DNA of 41,953 bases from the IMG/VR virus record IMGVR_UViG_3300044564_000014, positions 1-41,953 of that record; one strand, 5' to 3'. How positions within the stretch are numbered: position 1 is the first letter of the stretch; the number at the start of each line of letters is the position of its first letter. Below, piece after piece: positions 18,756 to 27,631 of this stretch. The notes beneath the pieces were generated by a model. That model worked only from the letters and a program-made list of their open reading frames with translations, did not search any database and was not told the DNA's origin. This DNA comes from a virus. Taxonomy: Duplodnaviria; Caudoviricetes. The translations under genes and the position numbers were made by a program.

Positions 18756-19349
18756 TCAAAACCTGTTGGAGCGGATTCTGTTCTCGCTGCCCACCTTGGC
18801 AAACAGTCCTTCGAGGAATGTAGAGACCATCCCCTGATAGGCCTGGCCGTACATCAGTGCATTTTTTTCGTTCAGCCGTTGCAGTTGGTAATAGTATTTC
18901 TTCATGAACCAGTCTTCCCGCTGTCTTTTTCCACGGGTAAGGGCGGCAGTTTTCCCCTTGTTACGGCCATGCCTGACCGTGATATGCTCAAACTTGCCCA
19001 ACATTGCATGAGAGGACAGTCCGGCTCCTACCTGCCGGCTGCCATAGCCATTAGCCGAACGGTAGCTATCTCCGAGAAACAGCAGGTTGCCTCCGTTGCC
19101 ATGGCTATAGCCCTTGCCTACGCCCGCTGCGACATAGACACCGTAGATAAGGAAACGGTGCTCCAGCGTTTCGGCACCTTTCGTCACATCCATGATACTC
19201 GCCCGCAGGGTACGGGTATCATTGACCTGCAGACGGTCTACCTGTTCCTGCAGAATATCGACTAGGAACCGTGCCCATCCCCTGTTGTAGGCATCTATAT
19301 CTTCCTGGGACTTGGCCGTATAGTTACTTGATCCAGTCATTATCATCAT
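18756..19349 (-). CDS. Putative neck/tail-completion protein
   Basis: Basic, Gly-rich; 'DT.TLRASI...YGVYVAAGVG...R.REDWF' resembles HK97-gp10-like neck proteins; position consistent. Confidence 0.5.
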   Translation of the reverse strand: MMIMTGSSNYTAKSQEDIDAYNRGWARFLVDILQEQVDRLQVNDTRTLRASIMDVTKGAETLEHRFLIYGVYVAAGVGKGYSHGNGGNLLFLGDSYRSANGYGSRQVGAGLSSHAMLGKFEHITVRHGRNKGKTAALTRGKRQREDWFMKKYYYQLQRLNEKNALMYGQAYQGMVSTFLEGLFAKVGSENRIRSNRF

Positions 19350-19830
19350 AGGTAAGATCTACCGGCTCCTCATTGTTGACCATCATGAGAAGACCGGTCA
19401 CCCCGTTAAGTGAATAGCGCGGGAACTCCCTTGACAGCACACTCTGCACATCCAGGTACGACAGCTGATTGCCGTAGGCAAGACTTGCCTGGTCCCGGAT
19501 CAGCCGGGAGTGGAACTGTCGGAATATCCGACGGCACAGCTCCAGTTTCTCCTGACGGTCTTCCATGTCGTCGATACGGTAGCCGGCGAGAATGAATATG
19601 GTATAGACGTTGCGGTCGAAGAACGTCACGCCGTGACTGTACGTATTTTGCGATGTCGTATCATCGATCAGGATGAAGTTCTTCGTTGTCCGGAACTCCT
19701 GCAGAACATCGTTGATTCCATCCGGCCCCGAACAATAGCCCACCTTGAAGTCATTGTCGATAGCCAACTTGTTTTTTTCCGCCAGGGCCTTGAAATAGGC
19801 CTGGGCGTTGAAGGTACTTTCCGCTGCCAT
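19324..19830 (-). CDS. Putative tail terminator-like protein
   Basis: 168 aa, acidic, in head-tail joining region; positional inference. Confidence 0.45.
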   Translation of the reverse strand: MAAESTFNAQAYFKALAEKNKLAIDNDFKVGYCSGPDGINDVLQEFRTTKNFILIDDTTSQNTYSHGVTFFDRNVYTIFILAGYRIDDMEDRQEKLELCRRIFRQFHSRLIRDQASLAYGNQLSYLDVQSVLSREFPRYSLNGVTGLLMMVNNEEPVDLTYDDNDWIK

Positions 19831-20630
19831 TATTTATTGTATTTAGCGTTGAACTCCTCCGCTTCCCGGGCCTTGGCATCCAATTCGGTGAGAGCTCGCC
19901 AGCAGTCAGAATTGAAGATCAGGTCCTCCTTGGTCACGTCCCCGTCCGTGAGCGCCCGTATCTGGGCGTTCATCGAGGCGAGGAAGTCAAACGAGGCTAC
20001 GGACTTAGGGGGGATTTTCCGGAAAAAGTGCGGGAAGGCCCTGCCGAACTCGCTCTTGATGTACGAATACCACAGGAAGGTGCCCAGCAGTTGGGCACGG
20101 TCCATGTGGATCCTGTCCGCCGTGCTCCCGTCCTTACGACGGTAGAGGAGCAGGGCGAGACTGCTCAGGAAACGGTCCTCCTTATGGATGCTATAGGCCT
20201 GATAGTATTTTTCCATATTGAGATAGTCCACAAACCGGACTCCGTGCAGAAGAACGTCGACCGCCCGGAGTCCACGGATGTCATCCAACCTAACACCCAT
20301 GTCCTCGTAGGAGTCGACGTATGAGAATTGGCCGAGCAGTGATTCCACCTGCCAGGCCTGTATGGTAAGAAATCGTCTCCGGCCCCATCTCTGCCGGATG
20401 AAGCACTTCCATCCGTAGCGATCCTTGCGGACGATATGGAGGCCGGTGAACCGTACGAACATATAGGTCTTGACGACCGTATGGTCCTCGAAAGTGGACA
20501 GCAGGGTAAGGACGTAGTGCAACTGGTCCTGGTTGAGATCCTTCCATGACCGTGGAGCAGTCAGGGCCAATACCTTGTTATCCTCCGAAAAAGAAGGCCG
20601 GTGAATCCTTATCGTTCTGATAATTTTCAT
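19830..20630 (-). CDS. Hypothetical phage protein (possible tail assembly chaperone)
   Basis: 'APRSWKDL' N-terminus and 'LTDGDVTKE...WRAL.EL' C-terminus; start moved to ATG 20630. Confidence 0.5.
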   Translation of the reverse strand: MKIIRTIRIHRPSFSEDNKVLALTAPRSWKDLNQDQLHYVLTLLSTFEDHTVVKTYMFVRFTGLHIVRKDRYGWKCFIRQRWGRRRFLTIQAWQVESLLGQFSYVDSYEDMGVRLDDIRGLRAVDVLLHGVRFVDYLNMEKYYQAYSIHKEDRFLSSLALLLYRRKDGSTADRIHMDRAQLLGTFLWYSYIKSEFGRAFPHFFRKIPPKSVASFDFLASMNAQIRALTDGDVTKEDLIFNSDCWRALTELDAKAREAEEFNAKYNK

Positions 20631-21405
20631 TGTGTCGTGATTGATATTGCGTTGATGCGAGATATAAGAAGAAGGTCGTTCCGTCCGCCTCCAGGTCATT
20701 GAATAGACGGCGCACGGATGTCCGTACAAGTCCCGGATTATCCTTGGACTCGGTGATAGTCCGTATCTCGTGTATGACTTCACTGTATTGAGTCAGTTTC
20801 GATACGGATCCGCAGCGGAAGGCGGAAAGCAGTTCGTCCATCTGTGCGTCCGAAATCATCGACCGGAGCATCTCGTCGGCCTCCGAAATGAGCGGTACCA
20901 TGATTTTCCAGTCTTCCGCCGACCGAGAATTGGGTGACTCGAGAAAGAAATAATACAAGTCATAGAGATACGGAATATTGTTCCGGGCCTGTTCCGTTAC
21001 TCCCCAACTGTCGGAGCGGAGCAGTCGCAGTAACCTGCCTCTGGACTTGAGTTCCAGGGTACGAAGGGAAGCCTCCAGTGCGTCCACTCTGTTCTGACTG
21101 GCAGGAGATATGTTATCGTTGCTCACCACGCCGAAGCCTGTTGGAGTAAGGACGGTATCCAACTGTCTTATAATGTTCAGGAAGGCAGCATAGACCACGT
21201 CCTTCCGGAAATTGACAGCCAATGGGTCATTCTCTTCCGCATTCATCACTGCAGTTTCCCCGGCACTCCCGAGGATTGACGTGCGGACCTCTTCCAGATG
21301 TGCCGTCAGTCCCGGCAAAATCATACTATAAATCTGATCGTGGGCACTCATACCCACGGGGAGGGCCGATTCAAACTCATCCTTACTGATTTTCGTTATG
21401 TCCAT
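20578..21405 (-). CDS. Putative head-tail connector (DUF6712-like)
   Basis: Directly downstream of portal; 'LTPTGFGVVSNDNISPAS..RV' motif. Confidence 0.55.
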   Translation of the reverse strand: MDITKISKDEFESALPVGMSAHDQIYSMILPGLTAHLEEVRTSILGSAGETAVMNAEENDPLAVNFRKDVVYAAFLNIIRQLDTVLTPTGFGVVSNDNISPASQNRVDALEASLRTLELKSRGRLLRLLRSDSWGVTEQARNNIPYLYDLYYFFLESPNSRSAEDWKIMVPLISEADEMLRSMISDAQMDELLSAFRCGSVSKLTQYSEVIHEIRTITESKDNPGLVRTSVRRLFNDLEADGTTFFLYLASTQYQSRHNENYQNDKDSPAFFFGG

Positions 21406-22855
21406 ATTCTTCGGTATTTGCGTTGGCATTTCCGCTGACCGTGTGCGCGTCCGTATTCTTATCGAGCGTCGTCAGCGTGATCATCGGCACGTCAACGGTG
21501 GCTTTTTTCGCCCAACCGTTGTAGTGCAGGATGACATGGTAGGGTTTGCTCATTACGTCATGGAAAGGCTTTTCGATGGCCTGCTTGAGCGTAAAAAGTT
21601 CCCGTTTGTCTGATCCTGAATTATTCATCTGGCTTTTTCCCGGAGTGGCACCCACAAGGTTGGGATGAACTCCGAAAGCAAAGCACAGTGCATTGCTGGC
21701 TTCAACGAGATCATCTGCCCAATTTCCCCCTTCTTTCTTCGACGGGTCATTGAGCGTGTTGATACGGACCATCCTGTTTTCTTTACCGTTGGGGTCAACA
21801 TAGTAGCCTGATATCAGGGCTTTCCCCGCATTTTCCACGCCCGTGACGAACTCGATGATATTCTGCTTTTCCTTTTCGATCCGTTCTTTTCTTTTCTCCG
21901 GATCCGTGATATTCTCGTTGTCGCAGAGATTATCCCAATAATCGCTGTGGATTTCGATCTGTACCCGCGGAGCGGAGGTATTCTTGATCATATACCGCTT
22001 GCCGATACCTATCAGGCGGTAGATGTCCATCCATGAATCTCGAAAAACAGACGTGTAATAGGGTACGGGGTAATACTGGCATCCCGGAGTTGCCATCCGG
22101 CAGAGTATGGCAAATTTCCGGTCCTTGCACTTTTTTGCATCCCGTTTTCTTCCGGTCATGGGATCAGGAGCCTTTCCCATCCGGATATTGAGATCCCCAA
22201 GGGGGTCCCAGTAATCCAACAGAGGAATGACCTCAATATCCTGTTCGCTCCTGTTGCCGTACCGACAGTCTCCGAAGAAGACATGTTCGATTTTACCGGA
22301 ATCCGTGGTCGTAGCGTCCTCGAACCGGCAGAACATCGCATCCTTGTTGCGGACCTTGACAATTTTGCTGCCATCCCTTGACAGGATGATGACGGTAACG
22401 GAGAAAAAGAAGAACTTCATATCCGTTGCCTGCTCCATGAAGGCCTCCTGCAGGGAATTCGACAGGCAGAAATTGAGAATTTCCGGATCATCAACATCCT
22501 GCTTGGTCTTTCGGTCCACGAACCGTACGCCCTGTCCGTAACAGCACATGATATTGAACGCCTGGCACTGTGACGTGACCATGTTCCTCATCAACTGATC
22601 TCGGATCTTGAACGGCAACAAGTCATTGGCCCCGAAACAGATATATTTATAATCTTTGCCGTCAATGGAAAGTCCGACACTGGTCGTTGTACCATATTGT
22701 TTGTTCCCATCTTCGAAAATCTCGTGGGTATCTTGTCCGTATTCCGTTACCAGGGAATCCTTTGCAGTGCTGCTGCCGATCCCGACCGGGACGATCCGGT
22801 AACGGGTAGAATCCTGGTTCTTGCCCGTGGGCAATAGTTCATATTTCTTGTTCAT
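21383..22855 (-). CDS. Portal protein
   Basis: 490 aa; 'FGANDLLP', 'YYPVPYY', 'GVENAGK', 'FGVHPNLVGATPG...SGSDKRE' motifs of Bacteroidota phage portals. Confidence 0.75.
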   Translation of the reverse strand: MNKKYELLPTGKNQDSTRYRIVPVGIGSSTAKDSLVTEYGQDTHEIFEDGNKQYGTTTSVGLSIDGKDYKYICFGANDLLPFKIRDQLMRNMVTSQCQAFNIMCCYGQGVRFVDRKTKQDVDDPEILNFCLSNSLQEAFMEQATDMKFFFFSVTVIILSRDGSKIVKVRNKDAMFCRFEDATTTDSGKIEHVFFGDCRYGNRSEQDIEVIPLLDYWDPLGDLNIRMGKAPDPMTGRKRDAKKCKDRKFAILCRMATPGCQYYPVPYYTSVFRDSWMDIYRLIGIGKRYMIKNTSAPRVQIEIHSDYWDNLCDNENITDPEKRKERIEKEKQNIIEFVTGVENAGKALISGYYVDPNGKENRMVRINTLNDPSKKEGGNWADDLVEASNALCFAFGVHPNLVGATPGKSQMNNSGSDKRELFTLKQAIEKPFHDVMSKPYHVILHYNGWAKKATVDVPMITLTTLDKNTDAHTVSGNANANTEEYGHNENQ

Positions 22856-23109
22856 AGATATACTTGATGATTATTGATTTCAAAGATGAATATTTCCGGG
22901 ATTTGCCGGATCTGTCTGCTGACAGGATTCCGAAGTTTCACATAACCGCCTCTCCAGTAGTCGTGGTGAACAAGCCACCCTTTGTATTCAATGATTTCCC
23001 CGTCTGACCGCCAGGCCTTGATGTTGAGGGTCTGACGATGCTCCTCAGCAATGGCAAGCAAGTGTAGCATTTCGTTGAAATGCATGGCATATCGTGTCTT
23101 TTTCTCCAT
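22852..23109 (-). CDS. Hypothetical phage protein
   Basis: 85 aa, translationally coupled to portal. Confidence 0.6.
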   Translation of the reverse strand: MEKKTRYAMHFNEMLHLLAIAEEHRQTLNIKAWRSDGEIIEYKGWLVHHDYWRGGYVKLRNPVSRQIRQIPEIFIFEINNHQVYL

Positions 23110-23110
23110 A

Positions 23111-24154
23111 TCAATTGAATGTATGATCGAATGTGTTGTCAAATATCCTCCCCGCCCGCTGCAGGTCTACGACGTTGTGCACCCGTTGTGCATATTGATA
23201 GGAGAAAGTGAAGCGTGGAAGTACGTCATCCTCGTTGGTATATTCCGATTTGGACTCCGTAATCACGACTTCCTTGCCGATATTTGGTGTGCCTTCGTAG
23301 ATGTTGACGAGCCGTACATACGGCGAGCGGAACAGGTCATCCAGCCAGTTGGCCATGGGGACATTGAGTACACCGGTATCTCCCTTGAAGGTGCGCGTTT
23401 CCTCGATCTTGTAGTTTTTGAGGATGCCTTTAACGTAGGTAGAGGACCGCGTATAGGACGGAGACACGGTATGAGTCCCCGTACAGTAGCACAGCTCCTC
23501 GCAGCCGAAGGAGTTGTCGAAGATCAGGATCGGGGCGCAGTCAGGCTCGTCAAAGTCAATCGTAAATTCCTGGCTACGGCTCCCGGCGGTGACGATGTAA
23601 TAGGTCATCGTCTTGCCCGATGTGAGGAACCGATCGGGCGAAACGTCAATGGTTGTATATTTGTCATTCCCCCCGACGGTAGGGGGCGTGAACGTTGCGG
23701 TCGTCCCGTCAGAATAATAGGCAGTGGCCACGGCACTGTCCGTACCGAGATAGTGGAGATATTCCAGTCTTCCCGGCGCGGTGACTTTCGTCCCCATGAG
23801 GATACTCAGGTAGTGGTTTTTTAGAAAATCCTCTGCCGAGTCATCAATGTCCGCCTGGCAGTAGATGACCGTTGCCTCGCAACTGTTCTCATTCGTAGTG
23901 CTGTCACTTTCATATTCCTCCTTAATGCCGATAGCCACGTCTATGACCAGTGACTGCCGGGCGTAGGGGGTGAGCAGGTCACCGAGGTCCGACAGGGTGA
24001 TTTTCCCGTCCACCGGGTACAGGTACTCCGAATAGATCTCCGTACCGTCCACGGTGATGGTGACCGCAGCGCGGTACCCATCTATGGTAAAGACCACATC
24101 GGGAATTGTGCAGGAGAAGTACTTACCAGACAAAGTGCTATTAATTGTTATCAT
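23111..24154 (-). CDS. Phage structural protein (tail-related)
   Basis: 347 aa; 'F.NSFG.EE' motif, C-terminal 'IFDNTFDHTFN'; first gene of a late-type operon. Confidence 0.55.
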   Translation of the reverse strand: MITINSTLSGKYFSCTIPDVVFTIDGYRAAVTITVDGTEIYSEYLYPVDGKITLSDLGDLLTPYARQSLVIDVAIGIKEEYESDSTTNENSCEATVIYCQADIDDSAEDFLKNHYLSILMGTKVTAPGRLEYLHYLGTDSAVATAYYSDGTTATFTPPTVGGNDKYTTIDVSPDRFLTSGKTMTYYIVTAGSRSQEFTIDFDEPDCAPILIFDNSFGCEELCYCTGTHTVSPSYTRSSTYVKGILKNYKIEETRTFKGDTGVLNVPMANWLDDLFRSPYVRLVNIYEGTPNIGKEVVITESKSEYTNEDDVLPRFTFSYQYAQRVHNVVDLQRAGRIFDNTFDHTFN

Positions 24155-24174
24155 TGCTCAGAATATTACAGGAA

Positions 24175-24209
24175 CAAAGATAACAGGGATATAATTTCTT
24201 CAAAAATAC
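24175..24209 (-). promoter_or_regulatory. Putative late promoter (GTATTTTT-N19-TATCTTTG)
   Basis: Shared bipartite motif upstream of portal operon. Confidence 0.6.
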
Positions 24210-24212
24210 AAC

Positions 24213-24244
24213 AAAAAAAGCAGCACCTCAAAAAAGGTGCTGCT
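24213..24244 (-). terminator. Intrinsic terminator
   Basis: AGCAGCACCT/AGGTGCTGCT 10-bp stem followed by a T-run on the minus strand. Confidence 0.75.
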
Positions 24245-24250
24245 CTCATT

Positions 24251-24541
24251 TTATTCGGGGAACTGGTAATTTCGCCAAATTGCCCATTTGATTTTCCCGT
24301 CCTCCGAAGTCGTATATCCGTACCCGCATTTTTTCATGTAGTCGGATACGATTTTCGGATCCAGATCCATCATGTCTTTCAAATCATCGACAATATCTAA
24401 AGTGGATTTATCCTCTTCCTGCAGTTCGTTTCCTGCTTCCGATTTCCCTGGAAGAGGACGACGACTCATCAGATAGGCTTCAAGAAGCCGTACCTGTTCG
24501 TCCCTGTTGTCATCGCCAACCGATACGATAATATGTTTCAT
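24251..24541 (-). CDS. Hypothetical protein (possible winged-helix DNA-binding)
   Basis: 96 aa; 'STLDIVDDL......VSDYM...GY......W' pattern; coupled to upstream ORF. Confidence 0.55.
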   Translation of the reverse strand: MKHIIVSVGDDNRDEQVRLLEAYLMSRRPLPGKSEAGNELQEEDKSTLDIVDDLKDMMDLDPKIVSDYMKKCGYGYTTSEDGKIKWAIWRNYQFPE

Positions 24542-24756
24542 AAACTATTCTTTAATTTTTCAAGAATTTTACCTAGATTGCGTAGTGATGCTACATTATC
24601 CAGAATCTGTTTCGCCTCTTCCTGTCCATCTGGGATCTGGAAGAGATAATCATCCATGACCACATTGATGAGATCGATGTAATTATCCAGGAGGTCCTTA
24701 TTGAGTATATCATTAATTGCCTCAATAGCCTCTTTCGCCATTTCAATCTTTGCCAT
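24538..24756 (-). CDS. Hypothetical protein
   Basis: 72 aa helical ORF with AGGAGG upstream of ATG 24756. Confidence 0.6.
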   Translation of the reverse strand: MAKIEMAKEAIEAINDILNKDLLDNYIDLINVVMDDYLFQIPDGQEEAKQILDNVASLRNLGKILEKLKNSL

Positions 24757-24769
24757 TATTTCCTCCTTT

Positions 24770-25054
24770 CTAGTTGATCCGGTAGACAATCCATGCCGAG
24801 ATTAACCCGGAGATGACAGCCACCACGGGGGCCTTAGCTACCGTAATGGCAGCGATGACCAACAGGAGCGGCAGGACAATCCCTATCCTTATGGCCATGA
24901 TCCATGTTACAGGATAATCGGCTATCCGGCTGTAGAATTCTGACTTGGAATGTATCCAGGAGTTGACTGATGATTTCACATCATTGATTTTCTCTGAAAT
25001 CAGAGACGGAGCATGTGAATACTCCTCGAACTCGATGGATTTTTGATTTTCCAT
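24770..25054 (-). CDS. Small membrane protein (2 TM), first gene of putative antisense-controlled operon
   Basis: 94 aa with two C-terminal hydrophobic helices; translation-initiation region carries a copy of the 15-bp repeat. Confidence 0.65.
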   Translation of the reverse strand: MENQKSIEFEEYSHAPSLISEKINDVKSSVNSWIHSKSEFYSRIADYPVTWIMAIRIGIVLPLLLVIAAITVAKAPVVAVISGLISAWIVYRIN

Positions 25055-25058
25055 ATTG

Positions 25059-25289
25059 CGTTATTTGTTAGCATACCAGGATCCGCCCGGTGCGGAGACA
25101 AAAGAAGCGGCTGCACATCCCGCTGCTAACAAATAACGACTTCGTCCGAGGACTGATCTTATTTACGGAATGGCAACCGCCAATGACTTTATATTTTGGG
25201 CATAAAAAAAGCCCAAGCAATTTGCTGGACAATTGACCGATGTCCTACGGAACGAATGATTTCGTTATTTGTTAGCAGTGGCAAAGATA
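25059..25289 (-). ncRNA. Putative c4/CI-like antisense regulatory leader RNA
   Basis: TGCTAACAAATAACG occurs three times (direct, inverted, direct) with extra stems, downstream of a TATCTTTG promoter at 25282-25289. Confidence 0.55.
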
Positions 25290-25310
25290 TGGAATCTTTC
25301 TGAAACTGCA

Positions 25311-25337
25311 AAGGAAAAGGCGAGAAAATTTCTCGCC
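25311..25337 (-). terminator. Inverted repeat / probable terminator of moron genes
   Basis: GGCGAGAAA-A-TTTCTCGCC followed by TTTTCCTT on the minus strand. Confidence 0.5.
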
Positions 25338-25347
25338 CCCTAAAGAA

Positions 25348-25902
25348 TTACCAATTCTCGTCATTGTTATTTCCGTGCATATCTTGTTTTATACCCTTTA
25401 AAAAAGTATATAGATCATGTAATAACCATTTTTGGGATCTTACTCCTCCTGCTAAATTATATTCTCCTCTATCTTCGATAGTAAAGGAACTATGATGCAC
25501 ATACTTGACCAATTCCGGTTCGACCATTATTACAATATTATTAATAGTCATTCTATATCTTCCTTCCTTGAATTGTAGCTCAACAGTTCCATTTAGCGGC
25601 CCTTTTAATTGACCATTAAAGATGATTTGGGAGGGAGAAACTTGTGATTTAATAACCTTATCTGGATTCTTATACGTTCTTCCTATCCAAGCGAGGGCTT
25701 TATTGTATAAAGATTGAGCTGATTGTCCCTTAATAGTATCAACTCTAATAATATTATACACGCCATCAATCACCTTAACTTGGCAGTCAGTCATAACCGA
25801 ATCAGGATTAGGATCATGTGTTTCCCAGTATCTCGGCTCATCCTTAGCCTGAATTGTTAGACATATCAAAGACATTACTAAAACAAATAAAATTTTCTTC
25901 AT
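25348..25902 (-). CDS. Secreted protein, DUF4468-like (moron)
   Basis: Signal peptide; 'SAQSLYNKALAWIGRTYKNPDKVI...FKEGRYR' pattern; AT-rich. Confidence 0.65.
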   Translation of the reverse strand: MKKILFVLVMSLICLTIQAKDEPRYWETHDPNPDSVMTDCQVKVIDGVYNIIRVDTIKGQSAQSLYNKALAWIGRTYKNPDKVIKSQVSPSQIIFNGQLKGPLNGTVELQFKEGRYRMTINNIVIMVEPELVKYVHHSSFTIEDRGEYNLAGGVRSQKWLLHDLYTFLKGIKQDMHGNNNDENW

Positions 25903-25925
25903 AATAACACTATTTTATATTAGAT

Positions 25926-26561
25926 TCACTTTTCGCATATTTTAATCAGTTCATTTCTTGCCTTATTTGCTTTTTGAGCAGCATCTTTCCCTTGGAACAT
26001 AAATGTTGTATCGTTTTCAAATTTCCCTTTCTTCCATACAATATTCACAAATGCCATTTCGTTCTTCTTTTTCTTCTTCCATGCTAAAGCGAAAATGCCT
26101 ACTAATACCATTCTGCCCAAAGTAACTTTTTTCTCAACAGTGCTGGCATCTTCGACCTGTATAGCAGTTATATTGCAAATCGGTATATTGCTACCTTTAA
26201 TCTCAACTGGCATAGAAGCGTCAGGCACGTCTTCTGTATATAGGACAATATCAGATCCTTCTTTTTTTCCATAGACACTATCCCGGCTGTCATCTATTGA
26301 TGGATGCCCTCCTGCATACATTCCCAAGCGCTTAAAATCAGAAAATTTCAAGCCTTTTTTAGAAAGTTCTATTTCCGCCTTTTTTTTCTTCTTATTCCCA
26401 TCAATTATTGTTATTGCCAAAAGTACTATAAAGGCGACAATAATAAGCCATCCCCACCATGTGATAGACATTGTGTCATCATCATTAATCTTACATGAGA
26501 CTAAGAACTGACATGAAAGGACCATCGTAATAAATGCTGGGGGAAAATTAAATTTCTTCAT
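25926..26561 (-). CDS. Membrane protein (moron; possible superinfection exclusion)
   Basis: N-terminal TM, 'VTLGRMVLVGIFALAWKKKKK' segment; AT-rich; own TATATTTG promoter at 26601-26608. Confidence 0.6.
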   Translation of the reverse strand: MKKFNFPPAFITMVLSCQFLVSCKINDDDTMSITWWGWLIIVAFIVLLAITIIDGNKKKKKAEIELSKKGLKFSDFKRLGMYAGGHPSIDDSRDSVYGKKEGSDIVLYTEDVPDASMPVEIKGSNIPICNITAIQVEDASTVEKKVTLGRMVLVGIFALAWKKKKKNEMAFVNIVWKKGKFENDTTFMFQGKDAAQKANKARNELIKICEK

Positions 26562-26640
26562 AATAAGATATTAAAGTGGACATTAGACTATAATTTAATG
26601 CAAATATAGCAAATTATTGAGAATAATAAACCTCTTTCAC

Positions 26641-26673
26641 AAAAAAAACCTCCGATGCTTCACGCACCAGAGG
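26641..26673 (-). terminator. Probable hicAB terminator
   Basis: Imperfect GC stem (CCTCTGGTGC/GCATCGGAGG on the minus strand) followed by T8. Confidence 0.55.
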
Positions 26674-26698
26674 CTCAGAGTTCTTTAATTTATATGAT

Positions 26699-27130
26699 TT
26701 ATTGAACGTAGGACGTTACAGGATGATTTATCATCACCCCGGAGCCTAAATCGTTTGCCAATCTGGAAAGCCCTTCACGGATCTTATCAATCTGCGCCTG
26801 CCGTGGCGCTCTGAGAGCAGTAATATACTGACGTAACACAGAAGCGTTAATGCCAATATATTTTGCTACAGCTGTTGCATCGAGAGGATAGTAATCGAAG
26901 AACGCACCTATATCAAAGCGGAAATCGAACTCCACATCAGGAAACTCTTCGCCCTTCTCAGCTGCCATCTCCTTATATTCCTGCACCGTAAGTTTGATGT
27001 CCTCCATTGCTTCGCGAGCAGTAGCACCATAGCCTGAGAGTCCGCATTTGCCTACATCCTCAGGGGCGAAGCACGAAAAATTACGCTTACCTTTTCCCCG
27101 TTCAACTATTGCCAGTCGCTTAACCTTCAT
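26699..27130 (-). CDS. hicB: HicB-family antitoxin
   Basis: 'GYGATAREAMED' HicB core plus C-terminal HTH (VAKYIGINASVLRQY); downstream of hicA. Confidence 0.85.
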   Translation of the reverse strand: MKVKRLAIVERGKGKRNFSCFAPEDVGKCGLSGYGATAREAMEDIKLTVQEYKEMAAEKGEEFPDVEFDFRFDIGAFFDYYPLDATAVAKYIGINASVLRQYITALRAPRQAQIDKIREGLSRLANDLGSGVMINHPVTSYVQ

Positions 27131-27216
27131 ATATCTGTTATCTTAATTTAATTTAATCAAAAAGAGTTCCTGTGCAAATCCGCTGATGATTTACTTTGGT
27201 AAAAGGCTGCCCGGGC

Positions 27217-27402
27217 TTAATGCCCGAGCAGTTCCTTTTCAAGAGATTTGAGAAGTCCCGTAGGAACTTCCTTGGCTCCATGACGTGGCACTGGTCTCGA
27301 CAGTCCCGTAACAGGACTATACCAGATGTCGTGTCTCGCCCCATGCCTGATTATAAAGCATCCAGCTTTTTTCAGGCTTTTCAATAAATCATAATACTTC
27401 AT
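27217..27402 (-). CDS. hicA: HicA-family toxin (mRNA interferase)
   Basis: 61 aa; 'LKKAGC...RHGARHDIW.SP.TG....VPRHG.KE..TG' signature. Confidence 0.9.
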   Translation of the reverse strand: MKYYDLLKSLKKAGCFIIRHGARHDIWYSPVTGLSRPVPRHGAKEVPTGLLKSLEKELLGH

Positions 27403-27434
27403 TGCATCAAAGAACTCTTTGTCTTACGACAATG

Positions 27435-27489
27435 CAAAAGTAACAAATAAGTTGCAAACAAACAAATAATACCGCAACTTTTTTGTTAC
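27435..27489 (-). promoter_or_regulatory. hicAB promoter (TTTG-N20-TACTTTTG) with overlapping 16-bp inverted repeat (putative HicB operator)
   Basis: GTAACAAATAAGTTGC (27440-55) and GCAACTTTTTTGTTAC (27474-89) are 15/16 complementary. Confidence 0.65.
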
Positions 27490-27596
27490 ATATACTATCT
27501 TTTAACATTTGAGCTATTTTTGAAAATGTAATGGAAAAATCAAACCTGAAACAGACCATTTTTTAGCATAGAAAAAAGAATTGTTTGACCACTTTC

Positions 27597-27631
27597 CCCT
27601 TGATTTCGCTACATAATAGCGAAATCAAGGG
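27597..27631. repeat. Perfect 15-bp inverted repeat
   Basis: CCCTTGATTTCGCTA-CATAA-TAGCGAAATCAAGGG. Confidence 0.85.

Noticed and set aside
25059-25278. Invertible DNA segment bounded by inverted repeats
   Set aside because: Three copies in target/antisense/target arrangement, no dedicated invertase nearby, and the promoter lies outside the repeats; RNA pairing fits better
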